From NCBI GenBank assembly GCA_963751925.1, contig CAVVWJ010000002.1:518774-582773 (forward strand): a DNA stretch of 64,000 nucleotides. The letters run 5' to 3'. Every line of letters starts with the position of its first letter. The stretch's first letter is position 1. The DNA is from an uncultured Gemmatimonadales bacterium (GTDB lineage: Bacteria; Gemmatimonadota; Gemmatimonadetes; Gemmatimonadales; GWC2-71-9). A program made the position numbers and the translations under genes. Below, in pieces: positions 24,754-34,945 of the stretch. A model generated the notes under the pieces. The model worked only from the letters and a program-made list of their open reading frames with translations. It searched no databases and had not been told where the DNA came from.

Positions 24754-25035
24754 ATGTCGCTGATCGCCCTCATTCTGATCATCGCGCTGCTGATTCCCAT
24801 CATGGGCATTGTGGTGGACTCTCCCATCGGGAGAGCGTTGGCGAAACGGCTGGAAGGCCCTCAGTCGATCCCGCCGGCCCTTCAGGACCTCGCCAAGAAG
24901 GTCGATCTGCTGGAGGCCGAAGTCGACGATCTCAACCGCAGCGTGCAAACCCTCCAGGATGAGAATGCGTTCCTGCAGCGGTTGCTCGAGGTACCCCCCG
25001 GCCGTTCGACCCTCCCACCTCCAGCCAGCTCCTGA
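24754..25035 (+). CDS. Small membrane-anchored coiled-coil protein
   Basis: N-terminal hydrophobic helix then heptad-rich C-terminus; fills gap in co-oriented run. Confidence 0.7.
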   Translation: MSLIALILIIALLIPIMGIVVDSPIGRALAKRLEGPQSIPPALQDLAKKVDLLEAEVDDLNRSVQTLQDENAFLQRLLEVPPGRSTLPPPASS

Positions 25036-25070
25036 CGGGCGAATCGGGCCGCTCGTCTCGACCCGCGGTC

Positions 25071-26612
25071 ATGGTAGCCGCGGGGATTCTGCTGAGCCGG
25101 ATTCTCGGCCTGATTCGGAACAGGGTGTTCGCGCATTACTTCGGCACCTCCGATGCCGCCGACGCATTCAATGCGGCATTCAAGATCCCCAACTTTCTCC
25201 AGAATCTGTTCGGCGAAGGCGTGTTGTCCGCCTCGTTCATTCCGGTGTACAGCAGGCTGCTCTCTCGAGGCGAACGGGATGAGGCGCGGCAGGTTGCCGG
25301 GGCGGTAGTCAGCCTCCTCGCTCTCATTACAGCTGTGCTCGTGTTGGCCGGCGTGCTCATTACGCCGGTACTGATCAGCGTCATCGCGCCGGGGTTCGAA
25401 GGCGAAAAGCGCGAGGCAACGATCCGGCTCGTGCGCATCCTCTTTCCCGGAGCCGGCCTCCTCGTCTTGTCGGCCTGGTGCCTGGGAGTGCTCAATAGTC
25501 ACGGGCGCTTCTTCCTGTCATACGCCGCACCGGTGCTCTGGAACATCGTGATCATCGGTACTCTGATCGCCTTCGGGTCCGGACCGGGAGGCTATCGTCT
25601 GGCCCAGGTGGCAGCATGGGGATCGGTGGCGGGCAGTGCGCTCCAGTTTGGCGTGCAACTGCCGGTGGTGCTCCGTTTGCTGCCCGGCCTGGCGCCAGGA
25701 TTCCACCGCGCCTCCGAGGCAGTTCGGACAGTGGCCAGAAACTTCGGGCCTGTGTTCGTGGGCCGTGGGGTAGTGCAGATCAGCGCTTACATCGACACTG
25801 TCCTCGCCAGCCTGCTTCCAACCGGCGCCGTTGCGGGCCTGGCGTACGCGCAGGTGCTCTACACATTGCCGGTCAGCCTGTTCGGGATGTCGGTCTCCGC
25901 AGCGGAGCTGCCCGTCATGTCGAGTGCGTCAGGCGACGAGGACGAACGCGCTGCCCACCTCCGCTCGCGGCTTACCTCAGGCCTCCGCCAGATCGCCTTC
26001 TTCGTGGTGCCATCTGCCGTCGCTTTCCTCGCGTTAGGGGACGTCATCACGGCTGCGCTGTATCAGTCGGGCGCCTTTACCAGGTCGATGACGGTCTACG
26101 TCTGGGGTATCCTGGCCGGCTCCGCGGTCGGACTCCTGGCATCGACCTTGGGGCGGCTGTACGCCTCCACCTATTACGCGCTGCACGACACCAGGACTCC
26201 GCTCCGCTTCGGATTGCTTCGCGTCACCCTGACCATAGGCCTGGGCTACCTCTTTGCGCTCCCACTGCCGGTCTATCTGGGGATCGATCCGAGATGGGGC
26301 GCCGCAGGACTCACGGCCTCTGCGGGGATCGCCGGGTGGATCGAGTTCATCTGCCTGCGGGGCGGCCTTACCTCGAGGATCGGACGCACCGGTGTACCGG
26401 CTCGCCTATTGGTGCGACTCTGGGGAAGTGCAGTCCTGGCCGCCGCGCCGGCGTGGGTCGTGAAACTTGCGCTGGAGGATCAGCACCCCCTCATCGTGGC
26501 GTTATTTTCCCTGGGAATGTATGGCGCCACCTATCTCGCGCTGACGGCTGAGCTCGGAGTGCCTGAAGCTCGCCGCATGGCCGCTCGAGTCCGCTGGACC
26601 AGAGCGTCATGA
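25071..26612 (+). CDS. murJ: Lipid II flippase
   Basis: SRILGLIR, ADAFNAAFKIPN...LFGEG.LS..FIPV, DTRTP. Confidence 0.93.
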   Translation: MVAAGILLSRILGLIRNRVFAHYFGTSDAADAFNAAFKIPNFLQNLFGEGVLSASFIPVYSRLLSRGERDEARQVAGAVVSLLALITAVLVLAGVLITPVLISVIAPGFEGEKREATIRLVRILFPGAGLLVLSAWCLGVLNSHGRFFLSYAAPVLWNIVIIGTLIAFGSGPGGYRLAQVAAWGSVAGSALQFGVQLPVVLRLLPGLAPGFHRASEAVRTVARNFGPVFVGRGVVQISAYIDTVLASLLPTGAVAGLAYAQVLYTLPVSLFGMSVSAAELPVMSSASGDEDERAAHLRSRLTSGLRQIAFFVVPSAVAFLALGDVITAALYQSGAFTRSMTVYVWGILAGSAVGLLASTLGRLYASTYYALHDTRTPLRFGLLRVTLTIGLGYLFALPLPVYLGIDPRWGAAGLTASAGIAGWIEFICLRGGLTSRIGRTGVPARLLVRLWGSAVLAAAPAWVVKLALEDQHPLIVALFSLGMYGATYLALTAELGVPEARRMAARVRWTRAS

Positions 26613-26647
26613 GTCTTCCCCCGTGATACAGTTTTCCACCGAGGCCC

Positions 26648-28477
26648 GTGACCACACCTCCATTGCCCGAGGCACTCCAACGGAAGCTTGATACGCTGCC
26701 CGAAGGGCCCGGTGTGTATCTCTGGCGAGGCTCCGACGGGGAGGTCCTTTACGTCGGAAAGGCCAAGCGCCTGCGCAACAGGGTACGGAGCTACTTCGCC
26801 ACTGACTTCCCCGACAGCCCACGCAACCGCCTCCTGCAGAGACTCATTGCCGACGTCGAGACGATCGTGGTCCCCAGCGAGGCCGGGTCGCTCATCCTCG
26901 AGAACAACCTCATCAAGGAGTATCGCCCCCGCTTCAACGTTCGATTAAAGGACGACAAGAGCTACCCTTCCATCGCCGTGACACTGGCAGAGCCGTTCCC
27001 CCGAGTGCTGGTGACCCGCCGCCGGGACATTCCTGGCGCTCGGTATTTTGGGCCATACACCGACGTCGGCCAGCTGCGGAGGACCCTGGCGATTATCCGC
27101 CGCCTCTACACCGTCCGGAGCTGTCATGATCGCCTGCCGGAAGACCGCCGCGAGCGGCCCTGCCTGGACTACTATATCGGCCGCTGCCGAGCGCCCTGTA
27201 TGGGCTGGCAGGATTTCCCCGAGTACCAGCGCATGGTCACGGACGTGGTGGACTTTCTGGAGGGCAAGACTCAGGACGTCAGAGTCAAGGTGCGCGAGGC
27301 GATGCTCGAGGCGAGCCAGCGTGAGGACTATGAGCGTGCGCGCGAGCTGCGTGATGCTCTCCGATGGCTGGATCGCCTGGAGGAGCCAGCCAGCGTCGAG
27401 GTGATGGGAACCGGCGACGCCGATGTGGTGGGCTACGCCAGAGATGGAGACGACGCAGTCGGCGTGCTGATGCGGATCCGCGAGGGCCGCGTAGTGGGCC
27501 GGGAGCACCGGTTCCTCGAGGGAGTGGAGGAGGAAGAGGACGATGCCGTCCTGAGCGCCTTTCTCGTCCGCTACTATGTGCCCGCCGAAGGACGGGTGCG
27601 CAGGCTGGTCATACCATTTCCTCCGACTGAGTGGGACACCCTCCGTGAGCTGCTGCCTTCCACTGACTGGGTCGTGCCGCAGCGGGGGACGGCCCAGCGC
27701 TGGCTCGAGCTGGCCGATCAGAACGCCCGGCATCTGCTCGAGAGCCTGCGCATCGAGTCGTTTGAAACCGAAGAACGGGCCGAGGACCCGGTCTATGCCT
27801 TGGGCCGGGACCTGGGTCTCAGCACCGTGCCACGGAGCTTCGTTTGCGTCGATATCTCTCACAACCAGGGACGCGACACGGTCGGCTCTCTCGTCTGGTT
27901 CGAGGCCGGACGGCCGCGGAAGAGCGAGTACCGGAAATTCCGGATTCGGGGAGTGGGCCAGCAAGACGACTTCGCGGCGATTCAGGAGGTGCTCACTCGT
28001 TATCTGACCCGGCGTCGTGACGAGCAGCTGCCATTACCCGACCTCATCGTGGTAGATGGTGGCAAGGGGCAACTCAGTTCCGCGGTAGAAGCGGCCACCC
28101 AGCTTGGGTTCGGGAACCTTCCGATTGTGAGCCTCGCGAAGCGGGAAGAGGAGGTGTTCCTGCCAGGTCGATCCGAAAGCCTCCGGCTGCCTCGAAGAAG
28201 CCCGTCGCTGCGGCTGCTCCAGCGCGCGAGAGACGAGGCCCACCGCTTTGGTCTGGCCTACAATCGGAAGCGGCGGAGCAACCGGACCATCACCTCGGAG
28301 CTGCTGAGCATCCCGGGGATCGGCTCCACCAAGCGGCGCCTGCTTCTAGAACGGTTTGGGAGCCTGGCCGGCGTGCGGTCCGCCTCAGTTGCTGAGTTGG
28401 CGTCTGTTCCCGGGTTTTCGACTCGACTGGCCGAGCGAATTCTGGATCATTTGAAGACGGGTACCGGGTCGCGCTGA
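26648..28477 (+). CDS. uvrC: Excinuclease ABC subunit C
   Basis: PGVY, YVGKAK.LR.RV.SYF, DISH, DGGKGQL, RDEAHRF, HhH tail. Confidence 0.97.
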   Translation: MTTPPLPEALQRKLDTLPEGPGVYLWRGSDGEVLYVGKAKRLRNRVRSYFATDFPDSPRNRLLQRLIADVETIVVPSEAGSLILENNLIKEYRPRFNVRLKDDKSYPSIAVTLAEPFPRVLVTRRRDIPGARYFGPYTDVGQLRRTLAIIRRLYTVRSCHDRLPEDRRERPCLDYYIGRCRAPCMGWQDFPEYQRMVTDVVDFLEGKTQDVRVKVREAMLEASQREDYERARELRDALRWLDRLEEPASVEVMGTGDADVVGYARDGDDAVGVLMRIREGRVVGREHRFLEGVEEEEDDAVLSAFLVRYYVPAEGRVRRLVIPFPPTEWDTLRELLPSTDWVVPQRGTAQRWLELADQNARHLLESLRIESFETEERAEDPVYALGRDLGLSTVPRSFVCVDISHNQGRDTVGSLVWFEAGRPRKSEYRKFRIRGVGQQDDFAAIQEVLTRYLTRRRDEQLPLPDLIVVDGGKGQLSSAVEAATQLGFGNLPIVSLAKREEEVFLPGRSESLRLPRRSPSLRLLQRARDEAHRFGLAYNRKRRSNRTITSELLSIPGIGSTKRRLLLERFGSLAGVRSASVAELASVPGFSTRLAERILDHLKTGTGSR

Positions 28478-28541
28478 CGCGCCGTTGGTCAGTCAGGGCA
28501 GGTTTGCTTGACGGATAGCGGCTAGGCATATTTGTAAGTCT

Positions 28542-29852
28542 ATGCCTGACGGACGCTTTGCTATCCTCGATCCGATCGCCGGAATCAGTGGCGACATGGT
28601 GCTGGGTGCTCTCCTGGCGGCCGGCGCCTCTCCCGAGTGGCTTCGTTCTCTCCCCGCGCGGCTCGGCCTTCCCGATGTAACCATCCAAACCACCTCGGTG
28701 GAACGCTGCGGTGTTCGAGCCATCAAGGTGGACGTCCTCTTGCCGGGTGGAGTGCAGGAGCAGCCATCGGTAGCCGTGCCGGATCTCGACCACGAGCACG
28801 CCCATCACACTCATGAGCACTCCGTAACTCCTTCGCACCAGCACGAGCCACACCGTCACGTCGGGGAATTGATCGCAATCATCGAGCGGGCGCCTCTTTC
28901 GGAGTGGGTGCGTGAGCGGGCCATGCGCGCGTTCCGCCTCCTGGGAGAAGCGGAGGGGAAGGTCCATGGGATGGCTGCCGACCAGGTCCCGCTGCACGAG
29001 GTTGGTGCGGTAGACGCGCTCGTGGACATCGTGGGTGGCGTTGAGGGCTTCGAGCAGCTCGGAATCACTCGGATTTACAATCGCCCAGTCGCAGTGGGGA
29101 ATGGTTGGGTGCGAGCCGCACATGGAGTCATCCCGGTTCCCGCGCCGGCTACAGCGATCCTCCTTGAGGGAGTCGACATCGCCCCGAACGGGCCAGTGAC
29201 CGGCGAAGCCACCACTCCGACGGGTGCGGTTCTGCTCCGGGTCCTTTCCGAAGGTGGGCCGCCGGCACACTGGCGCGCCACCTCTGCGGGGGCTTGGGGA
29301 GCCGGGGGAAGGGACCCGAAGACGTATCCCAACGCGCTCCGGCTGATTCTCGCCACCAAAGCAGCCGAAGCGGGAGAGATCGTGTTGCTGTCCACTGATC
29401 TGGACGATCTCAGTCCGGAATACCTGGATCCACTCCGAGAGGCTTTGTTCACGGCGGGAGCCCTCGACGTACAGCTCTGGACGACGCAGATGAAGAAGGG
29501 GCGTCCCGGTTTTCGGGTCGAAGCGAGTGTCGCTCCAGCCCACGCGGATGCAGTGATCCAAGCGTTCTTTCGACACAGTACCACGGGCGGAATCAGGCGG
29601 TATCCGGCCGAGCGGGTTACCCTGGAGCGACACGTGATGGATGTCACCGACGGAGACGGCTCGTCGGTGCGAGTGAAAGTGTTGGAAGCTCCTGACGGAC
29701 CAAGAGTAAAGCCGGAATACGATGACGTTGTTGCCGTTGCACGCCGCACCGGACGGCCGGCGCATGAGGTGGCAAGGGACTTGCAATCACGCGCAATCCG
29801 ACGGTTAAGCCAAAACTCCGGGGTGACCCCGCACAAGGAGTCTGAAGAGTGA
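28542..29852 (+). CDS. larC: LarC-family nickel insertion protein
   Basis: AGISGDM.LGAL, His-rich loop, HEVGAVD, HGVIPVPAPAT, TPTGA, MKKGRPG, KPEYDD. Confidence 0.9.
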   Translation: MPDGRFAILDPIAGISGDMVLGALLAAGASPEWLRSLPARLGLPDVTIQTTSVERCGVRAIKVDVLLPGGVQEQPSVAVPDLDHEHAHHTHEHSVTPSHQHEPHRHVGELIAIIERAPLSEWVRERAMRAFRLLGEAEGKVHGMAADQVPLHEVGAVDALVDIVGGVEGFEQLGITRIYNRPVAVGNGWVRAAHGVIPVPAPATAILLEGVDIAPNGPVTGEATTPTGAVLLRVLSEGGPPAHWRATSAGAWGAGGRDPKTYPNALRLILATKAAEAGEIVLLSTDLDDLSPEYLDPLREALFTAGALDVQLWTTQMKKGRPGFRVEASVAPAHADAVIQAFFRHSTTGGIRRYPAERVTLERHVMDVTDGDGSSVRVKVLEAPDGPRVKPEYDDVVAVARRTGRPAHEVARDLQSRAIRRLSQNSGVTPHKESEE

Positions 29853-31285
29853 AAACAAAAATCGTCTGCTCGGCAGTTTGCCTCGTGGCGGGAACCACTC
29901 CCGCGCTGGTGGCGCAAGCCCAGATCAACACGCGAGTCGCGAGCGCTATGCCGGCGAAGTACACCCCGCCAGCTTGTGGAATAAAGGCGGGTCACTTCAA
30001 GGTCAGCAGCGGTGCGTCGTATCTGAAGGTCGGAGTCGAGAACGAGGTTCCGGAGAACCGTGAGCGCGCGCTCAACAGCGGCAAGAAAGTGCTGCTCGAG
30101 GCAATCCAGCAGAACGATCAGCAGAAGAACCCCGCGGCCTGGTACTATCTCGGCAATATCTACCTGCGTCAGGGGGATATCGCCGGCGCGGATTCCGCGT
30201 TGACCAAGGCAGAAGAGCTGGCGCCGGCGTGCAAGAAGGAGATCACCGATACCCGGGCCACGGCCTGGATTCCGTTGGTCAATGCCGGGATCACCTTCAC
30301 TAAAGAACAGAAGAACGATTCGGCCCTCGCACTACTTCGCCAGGCGAACACTATTTATCGGGAGAAGCCACAGGCCTACCAGGCTGCGGGAGTGATCTTC
30401 GCGAACAGCAAGAAAGATGACAGCGCCGTGGTGTACCTCCAGAAAGCGGCTGACATCGCCAACGCAGCCAACATGCCGGAAGATCGCAATCAGGCCACGT
30501 ACAATCTCGCCGCAATCCTGCAGCGCTCGAACAGAAATGATGAAGCCATTGCGGCTCTCGAGCGCTATCTCACCTGGGTTCCCAAAGACATCGAGGCGAA
30601 GAAGGCGTTGGCAGCGCTGTACCGGACCACCGGCAAGGCCGACAAGGCAAAGGCACTGGACCAGGAGCTGCTCGCCACCCCTGGAGCGGGCGGGGCCGGC
30701 GCCGGAGCGGCGGCAGTGGGGACCGAGGATGTTCTGCGGATCGGGGTGAATCTCTATAACGAGAAGAAATATCCCGAAGCAGCTGCCGCGTTCGAGAAGG
30801 CACTTGCGGCAGATCCCTACGATCGGGACGCGCTCTACAATCTGAGCAACACCTATCTGGCACTGAAGAACGGACCCAAGCTGCTGGCGACCTCGGAGCG
30901 GCTGGTCGCGATCGAGCCATTCAATGAGAACTCGCTCAAGCTCCAGGGCGAGGGATATCGTCAGAGCAAGAAGATCGACAGCGCAGTCAAGATCGCGGAG
31001 AAAGTCCTGGCTCTCCCGGTCGATATCAAAGTGACGGCATTTACGCCGAGCCCCACCGGGGCCAAGCTGACGGCCACGGTGACAGGCCGCGCGGCACAAA
31101 CTCCCGCAGGCAAGCCGCTGCCGCCGGCGCCCATGACGCTGGTGTTCGAATTCCTCAATCAGCAGGGAGCTCCGGTTGCCACGCAGGAGGCTCAGGTACC
31201 TGCGCTCAAGGCCGACGCGTCTCAGACGATCACAGTCGAGGGGCAGGGATCGGGTATTACTGCCTGGCGGTACAAGAAGAAATAG
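29849..31285 (+). CDS. Secreted TPR-repeat protein with C-terminal beta domain
   Basis: Signal peptide; TPR-like helices (AWYYLG, ATYNLA, ALYNLS). Confidence 0.8.
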   Translation: MKTKIVCSAVCLVAGTTPALVAQAQINTRVASAMPAKYTPPACGIKAGHFKVSSGASYLKVGVENEVPENRERALNSGKKVLLEAIQQNDQQKNPAAWYYLGNIYLRQGDIAGADSALTKAEELAPACKKEITDTRATAWIPLVNAGITFTKEQKNDSALALLRQANTIYREKPQAYQAAGVIFANSKKDDSAVVYLQKAADIANAANMPEDRNQATYNLAAILQRSNRNDEAIAALERYLTWVPKDIEAKKALAALYRTTGKADKAKALDQELLATPGAGGAGAGAAAVGTEDVLRIGVNLYNEKKYPEAAAAFEKALAADPYDRDALYNLSNTYLALKNGPKLLATSERLVAIEPFNENSLKLQGEGYRQSKKIDSAVKIAEKVLALPVDIKVTAFTPSPTGAKLTATVTGRAAQTPAGKPLPPAPMTLVFEFLNQQGAPVATQEAQVPALKADASQTITVEGQGSGITAWRYKKK

Positions 31286-31357
31286 CGTCGCGTCCCATGC
31301 AGGGCGGCTAGTTCAGCAGGACGGCAGCGAGAGCAACTCCATCACGGCGAGGGTCTC

Positions 31358-32290
31358 ATGGCAGCAGTCCCAACCGAGCAGAGAGCCGGGACCGGCTTGA
31401 CCACGACGCAAGCGCCGTTCATCGAGCAGGCCCAGGCTGAGGGCCGGTTGTACATCAATCAACCTTACGAGCTCTACTCCGATGCCAACCACGATGCCTG
31501 GCGCAGACTGTTTGCGCGAATGGAAGATCGCTGGAGGAGGTATGCCAACGGGCGCTTCCTTCAAGGCATCGATAGCCTGTGCCTCGATCCTGCGAGGGTG
31601 CCCCGCCTCGAGGATGTGAATCGATTTCTCAGCCCGCTCACCGGATTTCAGGCCAAACCGGTGAGCGGGTATATCCCTTCCTTCCTCTTTTTCAACTCTC
31701 TTCGAAACCGCGAGTTTCCGACAACCATCACGATTCGTGATGGCGCGACGCTCGATTATCTACCCGAGCCCGACATCTTTCACGATATTGCCGGGCACGT
31801 GCCGATGCACACCGATCGGGCATTCGCCGATACGCTCGTCCGTTTCGGAGATTGCGCCCACACCGCAGCGGAGATCGTGGCAGGGATTCGCGACGAGAAA
31901 GAGAAGATTCGTCGCGTGACCAGCATTTTCAAGGCGATGGCTCGATTCTTCTGGTTCACGATCGAGTTTGGGCTCATGCGGGGCGACGGAGGGCTCAAGG
32001 TCTACGGCAGCGGACTGCTGAGCTCCTATGGCGAGATCGCTCATTCCATCGATTCGCCGGATGTGCAGCGCTATCCCATGCAACTCGAGTGGGTCATCAA
32101 TCAGTACTTCGAAATCGATCATTACCAGCCGCTGCTGTTTATCGTCGACTCGTTCGATCATCTGTTCGATCTGGTGGGCCAACTGGAACGCTGGATGCGG
32201 GAAGGCCGTCTGGACAACGTCTCACCCGGAGAGCCGGCGATCAGCGAGCCCGATCTTCGGAGCTTCCTCGAGGCGTCCGCGGCGAAATAG
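31358..32290 (+). CDS. phhA: Phenylalanine 4-monooxygenase (pterin-dependent aromatic amino acid hydroxylase)
   Basis: PEPDIFHDIAGHVP, WFTIEFGL, YGSGLLSS.GE, YQP. Confidence 0.9.
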   Translation: MAAVPTEQRAGTGLTTTQAPFIEQAQAEGRLYINQPYELYSDANHDAWRRLFARMEDRWRRYANGRFLQGIDSLCLDPARVPRLEDVNRFLSPLTGFQAKPVSGYIPSFLFFNSLRNREFPTTITIRDGATLDYLPEPDIFHDIAGHVPMHTDRAFADTLVRFGDCAHTAAEIVAGIRDEKEKIRRVTSIFKAMARFFWFTIEFGLMRGDGGLKVYGSGLLSSYGEIAHSIDSPDVQRYPMQLEWVINQYFEIDHYQPLLFIVDSFDHLFDLVGQLERWMREGRLDNVSPGEPAISEPDLRSFLEASAAK

Positions 32291-32369
32291 GCGCTAGGTA
32301 TCGAGGCGCTGGGTATCGCCCCTTATCTACCGCCGCTTCATCTCCCGCCTTACATTCCGACCGTTCCCC

Positions 32370-32441
<72 letters not shown>

Positions 32442-32659
32442 CTGCCTCAGGAGTCCAAGCGAGCTCTCCCGCCATCTGCAGTACGGCATCCACTCCGGAC
32501 CAGCTGACCAGCTCCGAACGCCCTACGTGTCGTGTGCCACGGCGGGGTTATTTTTCTGTGCTGATGTTGGGGTGTGGCCCAGATGGATGCCACGGAGGCG
32601 GTCCTGACCGTGGCTTTTACGCAACGCACAACTCCGTAAGTTGGGACCTAAGCTGATGC

Positions 32660-32674
32660 TGGTGTTCTACTTGC
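32660..32674 (+). promoter_or_regulatory. Possible sigma-54 -24/-12 promoter
   Basis: TGGTGTTCTACTTGC = GG-N10-GC about 100 bp upstream of the oxidase gene. Confidence 0.3.
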
Positions 32675-32777
32675 GCTCATCGCAGACGACTCCGTTCCGG
32701 GCCCGGTACGTGCGTCAACGGTAGTTTCGGCAGTTTTCCTGACTCGAGGCGGCCGCTCTCTGGTCGCATAGGTGATT

Positions 32778-34919
32778 ATGACTCGGCTTCGGCAGCTTCG
32801 CCCTTGGACAACGATGATCCTGGTCGCTGCGGTATCCCTCCGCTGCAGCGACAACACCGGCAATAGCACAGCCAAGACTATCGAGGCCGTAAGCGGTGAC
32901 AATCAAAGCGCGAGTGCCGGCGAGCCGCTGGCCAACTCGCTGATTGTCCTGGTGAAGGATGATGCGGGCAATCCGGTCCAGGGTGTCGATGTGCACTGGG
33001 CGGCGCAGGGCGGTGGCAGCGTCTCCTCGGCCACAGTGAAAACCGGGTCCGACGGGCGCTCAGCGGTGCAGCGAACTCTCGGTCCAACCGTCGGCGAGCA
33101 AACCACGACGGCAACGGTGAACGGTCTCGACGGTTCACCGGTGACCTTCACGTCGACCGCGGTCGCCGGAGGTGGTCCGGGTGTTACGCTCACCACGCAG
33201 CCGCCCGCGACCGCCCTGTCTACCGAGGTGTTCGATCCGGCTGCCCAGCCGGTAGTGGTTGTGAAAGACGCGAACGGAACCGCTCAAAGTGGTGTTGATG
33301 TCGTTGCCAGCATCGCCAGCGGCAGTGGCACGCTCCAGGGTGCCACCACCGCAACGACAAACAGCAGCGGCATCGCCGCCTTTACCGATCTCGGTGTCTC
33401 CGGATCAGGTGCTGTCACTCTGAAGTTCACCGCGGGCTCTTCTGAGGCAACATCGAACAGCATCACCGTGTCCGCGCTCACCGCTGCAGCCACCACCGGT
33501 CAGTGGTCATCGCCGGTCGACTGGGCCATCGTGCCGCTCCATATCCATCTGTTGTCCACCGGCAAGATTCTGGCGTGGGGAAGGATGGAAGACAATGGAA
33601 CGATGGGACAGCCACGCCTCTGGGATCCCTCACAGGGTCCGCCCTCGACCGCCACACTGGTCGCGAACGACACCATGCTGTTTTGTTCCGGGCATGCAAT
33701 GATGGCCGATGGGAAGCTGATGGTGTCTGGCGGACACAAGGCCGACGACAAGGGTCTGGACGTCACCAACATCTTCGATCCGGTGGCGCAGAGCTGGGCG
33801 CTAGGACTTCCCAAAATGGCGGCGGGTCGCTGGTATCCAACCGTCACGGAGCTGCCAGACGGAAGAATGGTGACAGTAGCAGGACGTGATACGGTCGGTA
33901 TCCATGGTACCGTGGTCCTGATTCCAGAGATATGGGAAAGCGGCCAGTGGGTACAGCTGCCGGGTGCCAGCTTAAATCTTCCGTACTATCCCCGTGATTT
34001 CGTGGCACCTGACGGCAAAGTGTTCTATGCTGGCGAGAGAGTCACGTCCAGGTGGTTGAACGTGGATGCGACGAGTGCCGGCGGGCGAGGAAGCTGGGTG
34101 ACCGGGCCGGCCCACATCTGGCCTTTCAACCGGGACTACGGCTCCGCGGTCATGTACGACGCAGGCAAGATTCTCTATGTGGGTGGCGGCGGTGACTTGA
34201 CCTGGAGCACGCCGGACAACAAGAACGCGACGCCGACTGCAACCGCCGAAAAGATCGATTTGACCGGGGCTGCAACCTGGCTGAGTGCCGGATCGATGTC
34301 GGTTCCGCGGCGGCACCTCAATGCCACAGTGCTTCCCGATGGCGAGGTTCTCGTCACTGGCGGTGTGAGCAACGGCGGGTTCAATGATCTGTCGAGCGCC
34401 GCTCATGCGGCCGAGATCTGGGATCCGAAAACCAACAATTGGACTACACTGGCGAGCAATACGGTCGATCGCGGCTATCACTCCGTGTCTCTCCTGCTGC
34501 CCGATGGCACCGTGCTCCACGGCGGTAGCGGTGATGCCGATGCGCCTGGCAGTGGCGGCACTCCCACGCCGTACCCTCGTCAGAAGAACCATGAAATCTT
34601 TTCGCCACCGTATCTGTTCAAAGGCACGCGTCCCACCATCACCGACGCTCCTTCGAACGTGGGTTATGGGGCGGATTTTACGGTCACGACGCCGTTCGCC
34701 GCGCAGATCACGGATGTGCGGTGGATTCGGCTCGGCTCAGTTACGCACGCGTTCGATGCCAACGGGCGGGCCAACACACTGCAGTTCACCAAGACCGCGG
34801 GGAGTCTAAGCGTCAAAGCCCCGGCGAACGCGAATCTGGCGCCTCCGGGTCACTACATGTTGTTCATCCTGAACCGGAATGGCGTGCCGTCTGAGGGCAA
34901 GTTCATCCACGTCCAGTAA
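32778..34919 (+). CDS. Secreted/lipoprotein copper-radical oxidase (galactose oxidase-like Kelch + DUF1929) with N-terminal Ig-like domains
   Basis: FCSGH, RWYPT, RGYHS, THAF, APPGHYMLF; signal peptide ending SLRC; start uncertain (32772/32778/32814). Confidence 0.88.
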   Translation: MTRLRQLRPWTTMILVAAVSLRCSDNTGNSTAKTIEAVSGDNQSASAGEPLANSLIVLVKDDAGNPVQGVDVHWAAQGGGSVSSATVKTGSDGRSAVQRTLGPTVGEQTTTATVNGLDGSPVTFTSTAVAGGGPGVTLTTQPPATALSTEVFDPAAQPVVVVKDANGTAQSGVDVVASIASGSGTLQGATTATTNSSGIAAFTDLGVSGSGAVTLKFTAGSSEATSNSITVSALTAAATTGQWSSPVDWAIVPLHIHLLSTGKILAWGRMEDNGTMGQPRLWDPSQGPPSTATLVANDTMLFCSGHAMMADGKLMVSGGHKADDKGLDVTNIFDPVAQSWALGLPKMAAGRWYPTVTELPDGRMVTVAGRDTVGIHGTVVLIPEIWESGQWVQLPGASLNLPYYPRDFVAPDGKVFYAGERVTSRWLNVDATSAGGRGSWVTGPAHIWPFNRDYGSAVMYDAGKILYVGGGGDLTWSTPDNKNATPTATAEKIDLTGAATWLSAGSMSVPRRHLNATVLPDGEVLVTGGVSNGGFNDLSSAAHAAEIWDPKTNNWTTLASNTVDRGYHSVSLLLPDGTVLHGGSGDADAPGSGGTPTPYPRQKNHEIFSPPYLFKGTRPTITDAPSNVGYGADFTVTTPFAAQITDVRWIRLGSVTHAFDANGRANTLQFTKTAGSLSVKAPANANLAPPGHYMLFILNRNGVPSEGKFIHVQ

Positions 34920-34945
34920 GCTCACCTGTCACTCCAGGGCCCGGG

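Noticed and set aside
26612-26647. SOS box or DnaA box upstream of uvrC
   Set aside because: Only one imperfect nonamer (TTTTCCACC) and no recognisable LexA palindrome
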